A DNA stretch of 64,000 nucleotides from Octopus bimaculoides (taxonomy: Eukaryota): NCBI RefSeq assembly GCF_001194135.2, contig NC_068990.1, positions 52,511,266 to 52,575,265 on the forward strand, given 5' to 3'. This document shows positions 11,884 to 24,161 of the stretch, in pieces; position 1 is the stretch's first letter; each line of letters starts with the position of its first letter. The notes under the pieces are model-generated. The model worked only from the letters and a program-made list of their open reading frames with translations. It did not search any database and was not told where the DNA came from. A program made the translations under genes and the position numbers.

Positions 11884-14800
11884 ATGCAGGTTGAAGGTTA
11901 TTGTATGTTTAGGAGTTCTGCAAAATGCAAACTCTCTTTTCAGGTACATGACACTGCTGTCCCCCATCCCATTATTTCATGGGCCCACAACTTCCACACC
12001 CTCAGAGTTGGCACATTGAAAGGTAGGTCTGGTGAGATTGTTGAGATGCTTGAGCGGAGACGTGTAGATTTGTGTTGCATTCAAGAAGTAAGGTGGAGAG
12101 GAAGTTCTGCTAGGTTCCTCACAAGCGAAGAACATAGGTATAAGATTTTCTCGGTAGGGAACACTGATGAGGGTGGGGTTTGAGTATACTTTTTGTGGAG
12201 AAATGAGTTGATAAGGTAATCGAGGTAATCAAAGTTTGTGATAGAATACTTAGGCTTAGATTAGTGCTGCAACATGGATTAGCAGTCATTATCTCGGCTT
12301 ATGCTCCTCAGCCAGGACTACCTGATGAACAGAAAGACCAATTTTATGACACTCTCTTGCAGATTACCTCATCAACAAATGACAAGGACCTTCTCTTTGT
12401 GGCTGGCGACTACAATGGGCTTGTTGGACAACATGCAGGGGGCTTCCATGGAGTATATGGTGGCTATGGTTTTGGTTCCCGCAATGAGGAGGGAACCAAG
12501 CTGCTGGAGTTCTGCAATGCAAATGATCTCATGGTTTGTAATACTAACTTTAGGAAACCTCTCACTCACCTATTCCCCTACCGGTCTGGTGGACATACTA
12601 GTCAGATTGACTACATCCTCGCCAGGAAACGGGAAAGATGGCTACTTATAAATGCCAAAAACTTTCCAGGTGAAGAATGCACCCCACAACATAGATAGTA
12701 GTTAGCAACTTCAGGATCAGGGCTAAATGGATGTCCTGAAGACAACCAGCATGGAAAAGAAGGGTCTGGAAGCTTAAGGATCCTGTAAATAGACAGAGAT
12801 TTAGAGATGTATTACTTGAAGCTTTTGACAAAATAGAGGAGGATAATGTGAAAGATAACTGGAGGTTCCTACTGGACAACCTGTTGAGGGCTACTGAACA
12901 GATCTGTGGATGGTGCAAAGTCTCCTCTCAATCCAAGGTAATGTGGTGATGGAACAACATAGCTGACAAGGCCATTAAGGAAAAGAAACAGGCATGAAGG
13001 GACTGGAAGAATGGTGGTAGCAAAGAACTGTATTAGACTGCCAGAAGGGAAGCCAGGAAATAGGTTTACTTAGCCAGAGGGGAAGCAGATAAGAAAAATT
13101 TTGCCAATATTCTGCATCACGAGGACCAAACACTTGAAGTGTTTTGTATTGCAAGACAGTGTGTGAGAGAGAATCATGATGTCATAGGAGAAAAATGTGT
13201 CCGCATGGATGATGGTTTACTTGCATTTAATGAGGCTGCAAAGAGAGAGACTTGGAGACACCACTATGAAATGATGAGAATGAATGGGAGAAAGAGAGTC
13301 TGCCAAATATCAACCCAACAGAGGGACCAGCTATCTGAATTGACAGTAACATGGTAGATAGAGTAATTAAGGGTATGAAGACAGGAAAGCTCCTGGCCCA
13401 TCAGGAATCACCACAGAGATGCTCAAAATATCTGGCAGTGTCGGCTATAGTCTAGTCACCTGTATAGTCAGTTAGGTGATATATGAAGGAGTCATACCAA
13501 ATGACTGGTGTAGCAGCCCCATAGTCAACTGCTACAAAGGTAAAGGTGATGTATTAGATAAGAATAATTACAGAGGTATCAAGTTGTTGGATCAGGTAAT
13601 GAAAGTCACGGAGAGGGTCATAGCCCAACTAATTAGGGAGAGAGACAGTTTAGACGAGATGCAGTTTGGGTTTGTGCCAGGTAAAAGCACCACTGATGCT
13701 ACATTTCTGGTAAGACAGCTGCAGGAGAAATACCTAGCCAAAGATAAACCTCTGTACTTGGCTTCTGCTGACATGGAGAAAGCCTTTTACAGGGTCCCCT
13801 GATCCCTTATCCAGGGGTCAATGCAAAAACTAGGGATAAAGTGGTTAGTGAGAGCTGTACAAGCCATGTACAGGGGTGCTGTAAGTAAGGTGAGGGTCGG
13901 CAACAAGTATAGTGAAGAATTCCAAGAAGGGGTAGGAGTCCACCAAGGATCAGTCCTCAGCCCCTTCTTATTCATCATAGTCCTCCAAGCAATAACAGAG
14001 GAATTCAAGACAAGATGCCCCTGGGAGCTTCTCTATGCTGATGACCTTGCTCTAATAGCTGAGTCATGCCCAGAACTAGAGAAGTTTCAGGTGTGGAAGC
14101 AATGTCTAGAATTGAAGGGCCTAAGAGTCAACCTAGCAAAAAACAAAGTTTTGGTAAGTAGGAAGGCAGACAAATCACAAATTCCTTCAGGTAGATGGCC
14201 CTGCTCATAGGTAGAAACTCCGTATGATGCATTTGGTGTAAGCTATGGACACATACGAGGTGCAGCAATATCAAAGGAAGGCTAACTGAGAAGATAGTTT
14301 TTGAGTGTGGCAAATGCTCAGGGGCAATAAACACTGAAAATGTGCAGAAAACAGATTCCATCACATGCCAGGGGGAAAAACTACATGTAGTTAATAGCTT
14401 CTGTTACCTAGGTGACCAAGTCAGTAGCAGGGATGGTTGCTTTGAGAATGTAGCTGCTAGAATAAGAATAGGCTGGACAAAGTTCAGAGAGCTGGTAAGA
14501 AAGGGTCTCTGCTGGTAAGAAAGGGTCTCTCACTCAGAGTGAAAAGTAGATTATATGACGCATGTGTGCAAATAACCCTGCTACATGGCAGTAAAACATG
14601 GGCCATGCATAATGAAGCTAGTATGCAAATAAAGTAGTATGCTCTGATGGATGTGTAATGTCAGTGTACATGCACAACAGAGTGTAAGCGCCCTGAGAGA
14701 AAAGTTGGACATAAGAAACATCAGATGTGGTGTGCAAGAGAGACAACTGCGCTGGTGTGGTCATGTGTTGCATATGGATGAGGGCAGCTTTGTGAAAAAA

Positions 14801-15354
14801 TGTCACACCCAAGCAGTAGAGGGAACCTATGGAAGAGGTAGACCCAAGAAGACCTGGGATGAGGTGGTGAAGCACAACCTTCAGATGTTGGGCCTCACAG
14901 AGGTGATGATGAGTGACTGAGACCTTGGGATTGAGAAGACCCGGCAAGCCAAGTGAGACCGTAACCATAGCCTATGCCAGTGTAGCATAACGGGCCCATT
15001 TAAGAGTACCTTTCAATCATTGGGCAATAAACTGTGCTTGAGAAGACCTGTTGAGTCAAGTGAAATCATTGTCGTGGCTGATGCCAGAACCGCCGGACTG
15101 GCTCCCATGCTGATGGCACATAAAAAGCACCATTCAAGCATGGTCGATGCCAGTACCACCTGACTGGCCCTCATGCCAGTGGCATGTAAAAAGCACCCAC
15201 TACACTCTTGGAGTGGTTGGCGTTAGGAAGAACATCCAGCTGTAGGGACCTAGCCAGATCAGATTGGAGCCTGGTACAAGCCAGAAGGCTTGCCAGTCCT
15301 CAGTCAAACCATCCAACCCATGGAAAGCAGATGTTAAATGATGATGATGATGAT
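11884..15354 (+). mobile_element. RTE-clade LINE, near full length, decayed (APE, RT, 3' UTR, (TGA)n tail)
   Basis: APE: LRVGTLKGRSGEIVEMLERRRVDLCCIQEVRWRG, ISAYAPQ, FVAGDYNG, SQIDYIL. RT: NYRGIKLLD, QFGFVPGKST, DMEKAF, GVHQGSVLSP, LLYADDLAL. Tail GGTTGGCGTTAGGAAG...GTTAAATGATGATGATG. The 5' UTR may extend to ~11706 or include the monomers. Confidence 0.95.
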
Positions 15355-15489
15355 ATATATATATATATATATATATATGTGAACACATACACACACATGT
15401 ATATGCACCTGTTTCTATCCTTTTTTTGTTATCTCTCCCCGTGCTCTCTCTTTCCCTTTCTCTACCCCCTCTCTCTTTCTGGCCAAGTA

Positions 15490-15995
15490 ACCATGTACCT
15501 CCTCTATAGCAAGACACCTGTTTCTGCCTCTCTGTCCCTCTGTCACACACTAACCTTTCACCATCTGACACAGGATCACTGCCTCTAATGTCCCCTCCTC
15601 TATAGCAAGACACCTGTTTCTGCCTCTCTGTCTCACTGTTATACTCTAACCTTTCATTATCTGGCACAATATCCCCTCCTCCAAGACCCTTCTCCTCCCA
15701 AAATTCCGTGTCATGCAAATCACTAGGTGAACCTGCCTGTGGTAGTGCCACTTAAAAAGCATCCAGTCCACTCTGTAAAGTGGTTGGCATTTGGAAGGGC
15801 ATCCAGCTGTAAAAACCATGCTAAAACTGACTTTGCCTGTGCTGGTACCACATAGTTCACTCTGCAGAGTGGTTGGTGTTAGGAAGGGCATCCAGCAGTA
15901 AAAACCCTACCAAAACAGACACAGTAGCCTGGACTAGTCTTCTACCTGACCAGCGCCTATCACACCATCCAACCCATGCAGGTTGATGATGATGA
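15490..15995 (+). mobile_element. 2 x ~100-bp tandem repeat followed by a stand-alone doubled RTE-type 3' tail
   Basis: CCTCCTCTATAGCAAGACACCTGTTTCTGCCTCTCTGTC occurs twice; two GGTTGG..TTAGGAAGGGCATCCAGC motifs end in GATGATGATGAT. Confidence 0.7.
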
Positions 15996-16019
15996 TATAT
16001 ATATATATATATATATATA

Positions 16020-18737
16020 CAGCTTCAGGAATTTTGCCAGTCACTTTATCAATCTGGTGGCCAAGCTAGCCAGATTGACTACATTCTCACCAGAAAGCAA
16101 GATACATGATTTACTCATAAATGCAAAGACCTTCCCTGGTGAATGTACCCCTCAGCATAGGTTGGCCATTAGCAACTTCAAACTACAGGCTAGAAGGATT
16201 CTAAAAAGGAGGCCAGTCTAGAAAAGAAGGATCTGAAAGCTTTAGCATCCTTTGAGTGATTTAATGAGAAGGAGTCATTTAACGAGAAGGAAGAGGAGTT
16301 ACAGACACGTAATATAGAGGACATTAGAGCAAAGAAACAGGCCTGGAAGGGTGGTGGTAGCAAAGACCAATATCATGTAGGTAGAAGGGTAGCTAAGAGA
16401 CAGGTATACTTAACCAGGGAAAAAGCAGAAAGGAAGAAGTTTGCCGATGTTCTGCAGCAAAAGGATCAGCAGCTCGAGGTGTTTCAGTTTTCAGGGAAAA
16501 TCATGATATGGTAGGAGAGAAGTGCATTTGCATGGATGGTAGTTCACTTGCAGTTGAACCACCATGTGCAAAGAAAGAGGTTTGTGTTACTATGAAAGGC
16601 TGCTAAAGGTAGAGAACACATAGGAGAAGGAGAGTCTGGCTATAGTGGACCCAACTGAGTGACCAGCTATCCGAATAGACAGTAGCTAGGTAAATAAAGC
16701 TATGAAGGATATGAAGACAACCCACCAGGAATCACTGCTGAGATACTTAAAATATCTGGCGGAGTGGGATATGACCTGGTCACCAGTATAGTTAATCATA
16801 TTGTCCATGAGGGACAATGACTAGTGCAGCAGCATTATTGTCAGCTACTACAAAGGAAGAGGTGATGCCTTAGACAGAAATATCAAATTGCTGGACCAAG
16901 TCATGAAAGTTACAGAAAGGATCACAGCTCAACTAATTAAGAAGTGAGTTAATCTAGATGAGATGCAGTTTGGCTTTGTGCCAGGGAAAAGCACTACTGA
17001 TGCTATGTTCCTGATAAGGCAGCTGCAGGAAAAATACTTAGCCAAAAGTAAACTTCTGTATTTGACTTTCGTTGACATGGAGAAAGCCTTTGACAGGGTC
17101 TCCTGCTTCCTTATCTGGTGGTCAATGTGGAGGCTAGGGATAGATGAGTGGTTGGTGAGAGTTATTCAAGCCATGTATAGGGATGCTGTCAGTAAGGTGG
17201 AAGTTTGTAATGAGTATAGCAATGAATTCAGCATACAGATAGTTCACCAAGGATTGCTTCTCAACCCCTCTTACTCATCATAGTTATCCAAGCCATAACA
17301 GAATTTGACAGGCTGTCCTTAGGGGGTCCTCTATGCAGATGATCTTGCTCTTATAGGTGAATCACTACCAGACGAAATTTCAGATATTGAAGCAAAGTCT
17401 AGATGCAAGCATGGCTGTGTAAAAAAAAGCTTGTTTCCCAACCACATGGTTCTATGTTCTGTCCCACTGTGTAGCACCTTGGGCAAGTGTTTTCTACAAC
17501 AGCCTTGGGCTAACCAAAGCCTTGTGATTGGATTTGGTAGACAGAAACTGAAAGAAGCCTATCGTGTGTGTGTGTGTGTGTGTGTGTGTCCTTCCACCAC
17601 CACTTGGCAACCAGTATTGGTGTATTTGCATCTCTGTAACTTAGTGGTTTGGCAAAAGAAACTACCAGGCTTAAAAAAGAAGTACTGGGGTTGATTCAAC
17701 AACTAAAAATTGAAGACAGTGCCCCAGCATGGCCAGTCTAATGACTGAAACAAGTAAAAGATAAATAGGAAAACAGACAAGTCACAAATCTCTTCAAGGA
17801 CATGGCCCTGCTTGATATGTAGAAAAGGTGCAGGTAGAAACTCCATAAGGTGTACCCAGTGCAAGCTATGGACACATAAGAGGTAAAGCACTATTAAAGA
17901 AAGTAGTCTCTATGTATGGCAGATGTGCAAGTACAATAAACACAAGGAATGCACAAAAAAACAGACTTTGTCCAATACTGGGGGGAGGGGAGGTACCTAA
18001 AAGTAGTAGATAGCTTCCTAGGTGATCAAATCAGAAGTGAAGGAGGATGCTCTGAGAATATAGCAGCCAGAATAAGAATAGGCTGGGCAAAGTCCAAAGA
18101 GCTTCTACTTTTGTTGGTAACAAAGGGACTCTCCCTCAGAGTGAAAAGCAGATGCCTGATGCAAACAGCCATGCTACTTGGCAATGGAACATGGGCTGTA
18201 ACTACAGAGGACATGCAAAGGTTGAAACAAATGAAGCCAACCATGCTCCACTGGATGTGCAATGTCAGTATGCACATACGACAGAGTCCAAGTGTCCTAA
18301 CAGAAAAATTGGATATAAGAGACATCAGGTGTAGTGTGCAAGAGTTACTGTGCTGGTGTGGTCATGCAATGCATATGGACAGGGATAGCTGTATAAAGAA
18401 GTGCCAATCTCCAATTGTGGAAAGAACCTGCAGAAGAGGTAGATTCAGGAAGGCGTGGGTCATGGTGGTGAAATGTGATCTTTGAATGTTGAGTCTAAGG
18501 GAGGTTATGACAAGTGACAGAGACTTCTGGTGAATCACTGTGCTTGAAATGACACATTAAGCTAAGTGAAATCGTGGTCATGGCCAGTGCTGGTGAGATA
18601 TAAAAGACACCCAGTACACTCTGTGGAGTGGTTGGTACTAGGAAAAGCATCCATCTGTAGAAACCAGGCCAAAATAGCCTGGAGCAGCTCTCTAGTGTAC
18701 CATGCCAGCATAGAAAACGGGTGTTAAGTGATGATGA
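16020..18737 (+). mobile_element. RTE-clade LINE, 5'-truncated at the end of APE, interrupted by a SINE
   Basis: ARLTTFSPES/INAKTFPGECTPQHRL; 16963-17283 QFGFVPGKSTTDA, DMEKAFDRV; YADDLAL near 17335; C-terminus 17949-18485; (TGA)n tail. Confidence 0.92.
17408..17768 (+). mobile_element. SINE family 1 (diverged) inserted in RTE RT
   Basis: Head, CCTTGGGCAAGTG core, (TG)n and GACTGAAACAAGTAAAAG tail; RTE homology resumes after it. Confidence 0.85.
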
Positions 18738-18741
18738 TATA

Positions 18742-19040
18742 TCTTTTATCTATTTCTTGTTTCAGTTGTTAGACTGCAGCCAAGCTGAGGCACCACCTTG
18801 AAGAATTTTTAGTCAAATTAATCAATCCCAGTACTTGTTTTTTTTGTTAAGCCTGATACTTATTCTAGACTCTTATTGCTGAACTACTGAGTTACAGGGA
18901 TGTAAACACACCAACACCAGTTGTCAAGTTGTGGTGGGGTACAAACACACAGCTTCTTTCAGTTTCCATATACCAAATCCACTTGTAAGGTTTTGGTTGA
19001 CCTGAGACTATAGCAAAAAGGTACTTGCCCAAGGTGCCAT
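18742..19040 (-). mobile_element. SINE family 1 (diverged, head missing)
   Basis: Reverse-complement similarity to 45540-46004. Confidence 0.8.
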
Positions 19041-19161
19041 GCCATGATACATCTTCATCATATACATATATTATTATTTAGCAGAAACAACAGAGTAACT
19101 CATGGAGTAAGAGTGTCATGTGTTAGTACATCTATCTTTCCTGTTTGTATCACCAAACCTC

Positions 19162-19167
<6 letters not shown>

Positions 19168-19245
<78 letters not shown>

Positions 19246-19258
19246 TGTATGCGTGTGT
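19168..19258. repeat. (TG)n microsatellite
   Basis: Directly visible. Confidence 0.95.
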
Positions 19259-19884
19259 AAAAAAAAGGAAACACTAACTTATAAACTTTGAGCTAAGTAG
19301 ACTAGGGATAAAAGTTTATAGAAGAACAAAGTGAAAAAGAGCAAGAAAAGCAAAAAATCTATAAATTAAAGCAGTCAAGAAATAGCAGAAAAAAATCTTA
19401 TCTGTGACTAGTACCCTACAAGAGTGACCAGAAAAGAAAGGTATTAAGCTAATATGAATCAAAACTCTGAACTTAAAGAATTGATAGAAGATTTAAGATT
19501 AAACTGAAGCTATAGGAAAAACAAAAATCTTAAATCAAGAAGCTAACATCAACAGTAGACTATAATATCAGCATAAAGAAAGATAAGGTTAGGATATTCT
19601 AAGATAAAGTTTTGTCTGGAATAACAGGAAACAGGATTTGATTAAAAGAAGAAAACAAATTACTAAAAATAAATACCAAAGCCCAGCTCACATTTAACAC
19701 CTCATTCTAATATTGACATAATTCAATGAAATAACTCATACTTCACATATTCCAGTCAATCACAGGTACCAAATAAAACAATCTTGTCTACATCTTAGGA
19801 ACATAAATGTACATAGTGGCACAGAGAGAAATGCCAAAGATTGTAACTGTTACAAACTATTAGAAACATAGAGTAATAGTAATA

Positions 19885-20105
19885 ATATTGGTTTCAAATT
19901 TTGACACAAGGCTAGCAATTTCAAGGGAGGGGATAAGTCGAATAAATTGACCCCAGTGCTCAACCAGTACTTATTTTATTGACCCCAAAAGGATGAAAGG
20001 CAAAGTTGACCTTGATGGAATTTGAATTCAAATCATAAGGATGGACGAAATTCCACTAAGCATCCTGCCTGGCATGCAAACAATTCTGCCAGCTCGCTAC
20101 CTCAG
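19885..20105 (-). mobile_element. Short SINE family 3 (GGCAGAAT.GTT.GCA head; (ATT)n tail)
   Basis: Reverse-complement match to 23940-24161, with a TGAATTCAAATTCC B-box-like motif. Further partial copies at ~20690-20920. Confidence 0.75.
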
Positions 20106-23100
20106 TAATAATAATATTAACAATAACAATATTTTATGAAGAAAATTGCATTAATTCATCAGATTTGTAACTTAAACCACAAGTAATGAAAATAACAAAC
20201 AAGTCATATTAAGTTGTGTTCTGTACACTAATTTGACTGAGCAATTAAAAAACTCTATTTCGGCTGATCTCCCGACTCAAAATATTATCAGTTTAATTTA
20301 TTAAGACTGACTCAAATGTGTAATAATATCTAAAACATTTATTACAAGTTCCTATGGATGTATTCCATCTTTTTTTTTTTTATACATAAAGACTGTTTAC
20401 TAGAATAACAAAAGTTTTGAAAGGAGACTTCTTAAATTTAGATATTGAATAATAATCCAGTTATTTGTATTTTCCCTGTTCCTTTGTATTACAGTAAAAG
20501 AGAAAAATATATCAGTCAATGTTGATTCTCTCAACTTGCACCTGAGAAATCCCTCTCCACAGAGGCCTAGGTAAGCTCTCTTTTAATAGAAGACCAACAG
20601 TTTCCTTTACATCAAGTCACCTCCCCACCAACTGCCCATGCTACTGATGTTGTCCAAAGGAAATATAGTAAATATTGTTATGACTTACCATCCATGCTGT
20701 TACTGGCAAACTCTGAGTGTAATGAGCCAGAACAAATGTCACAAAGTATTTGGTTGGATCCTAAAAATAATTCTGCCAATCTACTGCTAGACATATATTT
20801 TATTGAATTCAGAAGAATAAAAGGCAAAGCTGACTTCAGTGGAATTTGAACTCAGAATATAATGAGCCAGAACAAATCCTTAGTTCAATACTCTTATGAT
20901 TCTGCCAGTCCACCACCTTAATACAGGAACATCACAACTTTAATAGCTTTACTATGACAGATTAGAAAGATTTCAAATAAACATCATATAAATTGATTGA
21001 AGAATTTAATCAATGGCCCAAGATATTAATGATTTGTTTGTTTGCCACAAGGATAGGAAAAAAAACTAAACAAAAACAGGGTTGATAAAAAGATAATTAC
21101 AAACTGCCAGATAGCCTTCTTCCCAAACATAAAATAAGTCAACAATTACTTTGCCTACCTTCCTTATGACCACCATCATACAGAAATAGATTGGGGACTG
21201 CACTACTACGTGTCAGAATGTGCACTATAGTCCTCAACTAGATGGCTGTATATCCAGATATGGGCTAGTAGATTGAACCTAGTTGCTTGAACAACTTGAC
21301 TATGTAATAAATCTACTCAACCAGAACTGACTTGAGGTTACACAACAAAACACCTTTACACTTAGATAATCGTCTAATTAGGTTTAAAAAGCCTTTATAC
21401 AATCTCTTTTCCATCAAACTTACGTAATCACAACATTTATAAAATGCTTTTCTTGTCTCTTATTAAAGACATTGCCTTGAGGTTTTAATGACATATTCTA
21501 AGCTTTACCAATGATGATGGCAATATAAATGATATGATTTTGAATTATTAGAGATTGGACAAGTTTGACTTGATTCTCATGTTAGACACACCAAAGCAGT
21601 ATGTTAGTAGTTTGGGTCACAAACTACCAGAATTACTGAAGATTACAATAATACAATGCAGATGAGAATTACATAATCTTCCACCTCCAACCATTCTCTA
21701 ACTCCTCTATTTGAGATGGAAAGTTTTTGTTTTTCTTTACAAGCATTATTAGCATCCAAAATTCTACAAACAAAAGGTTTTAGTCATCATTTAAAGGGAA
21801 TCACTCTATATTCCTAAATGAAGGCCACTGACAACCAAATGTCAATGACTGACAGAACTTTTTGGTAATGATTGTTACAGACTGTAACAAGAAACCAGAG
21901 TTTGTTTTTAACTTTCACATATTGGATACTAAAGAAGAGCTAGAGCATTTAAAAAGAAACTGAGTTGAGTATAATACTCCACAAATATGCAGTATGAGTG
22001 TACATCATACATTTGAATACAGAATTGAGAATACTCAATAGAATATGTAGTTTGAACCTCAGAGAGAGGGTTGTATAGGTATGAACATATGATGTGATTG
22101 AGTGGTACCCACTGGAAGAAGTGATGATGAGGAGACAGTTGCAAGAAGCCAGACAAACTAAAGAAGACTTTGGCTTCTACTTGTAGAATGATAATGTATT
22201 TTTACTACAGACAACAATAAACACACTGACACCAGCTCAATAGGATTGAACTTTTAACCAATCCCAGTACTTCAACAGAGCCAAAATGCTCTCACCACCA
22301 CTGCCACCTCCAACATGAAAAAGCCATTATTTTAATTCTTCTTCTTAATTTGTTTTCTTTTAATTAAAAAGTTTTACAAAATAAGCAATTTGATAAATAA
22401 GGAAAACAGAAAAAAATAAAAGTTGAAACAAAAAAAATTAACAATAGAGAGAATGTGAAAGAAAAGGTAAAAAATATTTCCAAATGTAACAGGGGGAGGT
22501 GAATGAATGAAAAGTAAGAAGAAAATGAATGAAAATTGAATAAAGTGATTAAAAAGGAAATAAAAAATAAATAAATGAGAAACACACTTGTAATTTAATG
22601 TATTAATACTATTACCAATACCAAAAACATTAAAAATACTTAGAAATAAACTACTACAATAACAACAAAAGAACTGCAATAACAATAACAGCATCAGCAG
22701 AATCAGTCTGCAACCTAACTTTGAATGGCATAACCAAAAATACTACAAAAAATGAGACTTTTTGTTAGTTTTTAGTCATTGGTGAAAACTCAATGACAAT
22801 GAAAGCATAAGCCAGATAGTTGCTTTGATGAAATGAAAAACACTCCACCCCTACCATACTCAACACCCCAATAAATAATAACTAAACAAAAGCCAAAAAC
22901 AAAAACTATCTCCTCTCAACCTATTGTTTACATGTTCTGGCAAGTATTACAATGCAGCAGTGAATTCTAACTGATGCGACTTGTTAAGTGTGCAGACTAT
23001 TTCAGTTTTTCAGTTTGCACTTTCACTGCTAAAACTTCTGAGGAAGTGATAGTCAATCCTATCTTGTCATTTGCTGCAAATACATCAGGTTGAATAAGCA

Positions 23101-23939
23101 ACCTCTGGCTAAAGAGATCATATGTTGTGTCCTGTCAATGGTACTGAGCTCCATGTATGGACACAATGGTTGTAAATTTCTAACACTGAAACAATGTTAC
23201 AAATTTGGAAATAAGGTAGTGAAATCAACTCCAGTATTTCACTGGCCTTTTATGTTACCACAAAGTATTGTGTTCCAACACCCTAACAATTCTGTCAATA
23301 TGGTACCAAAATAGATATCATGTCATGGTACAGCTTACAACTGTATGTAGCATGAACAATGGAAAATTAACAAGCGTTCTGTCTGCTTATGTTAAAGGAG
23401 AACATGCAGACTTATTCACAGTAGCCACACAATATCAGTGTGGCCCCTTAATATTACACAATGGATTTGATATAAGTAGGTTCTGTTTCAGCAATAGGTC
23501 TACATCACAGAGAAAAATCATCAACATTATCATTGACAAGTTCCGTCCCCAAAAATTTCAGACCTTGTGCCTATGACAAAAAAGATTACTATGATTATTG
23601 AGTGTAATATAAATACACACGCCATCAAAGTGATGCTGGGGTATAAATAAATAAAGCCTAATATACCCATCATGACTACCCATCAGATAAGGTTACACCA
23701 GGCACATGCATCACATGCAACATGGTGACCTCATATCAAGATAAACAGTGCATGACCTTGCAAGTGGAGCCTAGTAAGAAGTTTCTTCGGGTCAAGTAGC
23801 CTATTCCACTCAAAAAGTCCCTGAATAAGGGTTGTTTAAGAATGATGAATGGAGCACTCATGTTTCCAAGGAAGAGTTATTCAAACCCCAAAGAATCCCT
23901 CTTGTTATTATTGTTGTTTCTATTCTTATCATCATTATT

Positions 23940-24161
23940 TAGGTGACAAGCTGTTAGCACGCCAGACAAAATGCTTAGTGGCATTTCGTCTGTCTGTACG
24001 TTTTGAGTTCAAATACCACCAAGGTTGACTTTGCTTTTCATTTTTTCAGGGTCAATAAATTAAGTACAAGTGAAATACTGGGGTCAGTGTAATCAACCAA
24101 TTCCCTCCCCACAAACTTCAGGCCTTGTGCCTTTAGTAGAAAGGATCATTATTATTATTAT
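23940..24161 (+). mobile_element. Short SINE family 3 with (ATT)n tail
   Basis: GTTAGCACGCCAGACAAAATGCTTAG...GAGTTCAAATACC...GGCCTTGTGCCTTTAGTAGAAAGGAT-(ATT)n. Confidence 0.8.

Noticed and set aside
19270-21900. A-rich stretch that looks like decayed coding sequence
   Set aside because: No long ORF or diagnostic motif; likely an ancient LINE remnant interrupted by SINEs and not supportable as a feature.
22920-23580. Possible degenerate coding sequence or KCTD exon
   Set aside because: No recognisable motif in six frames, multiple stops and no KCTD similarity; probably an old TE remnant that I cannot assign.
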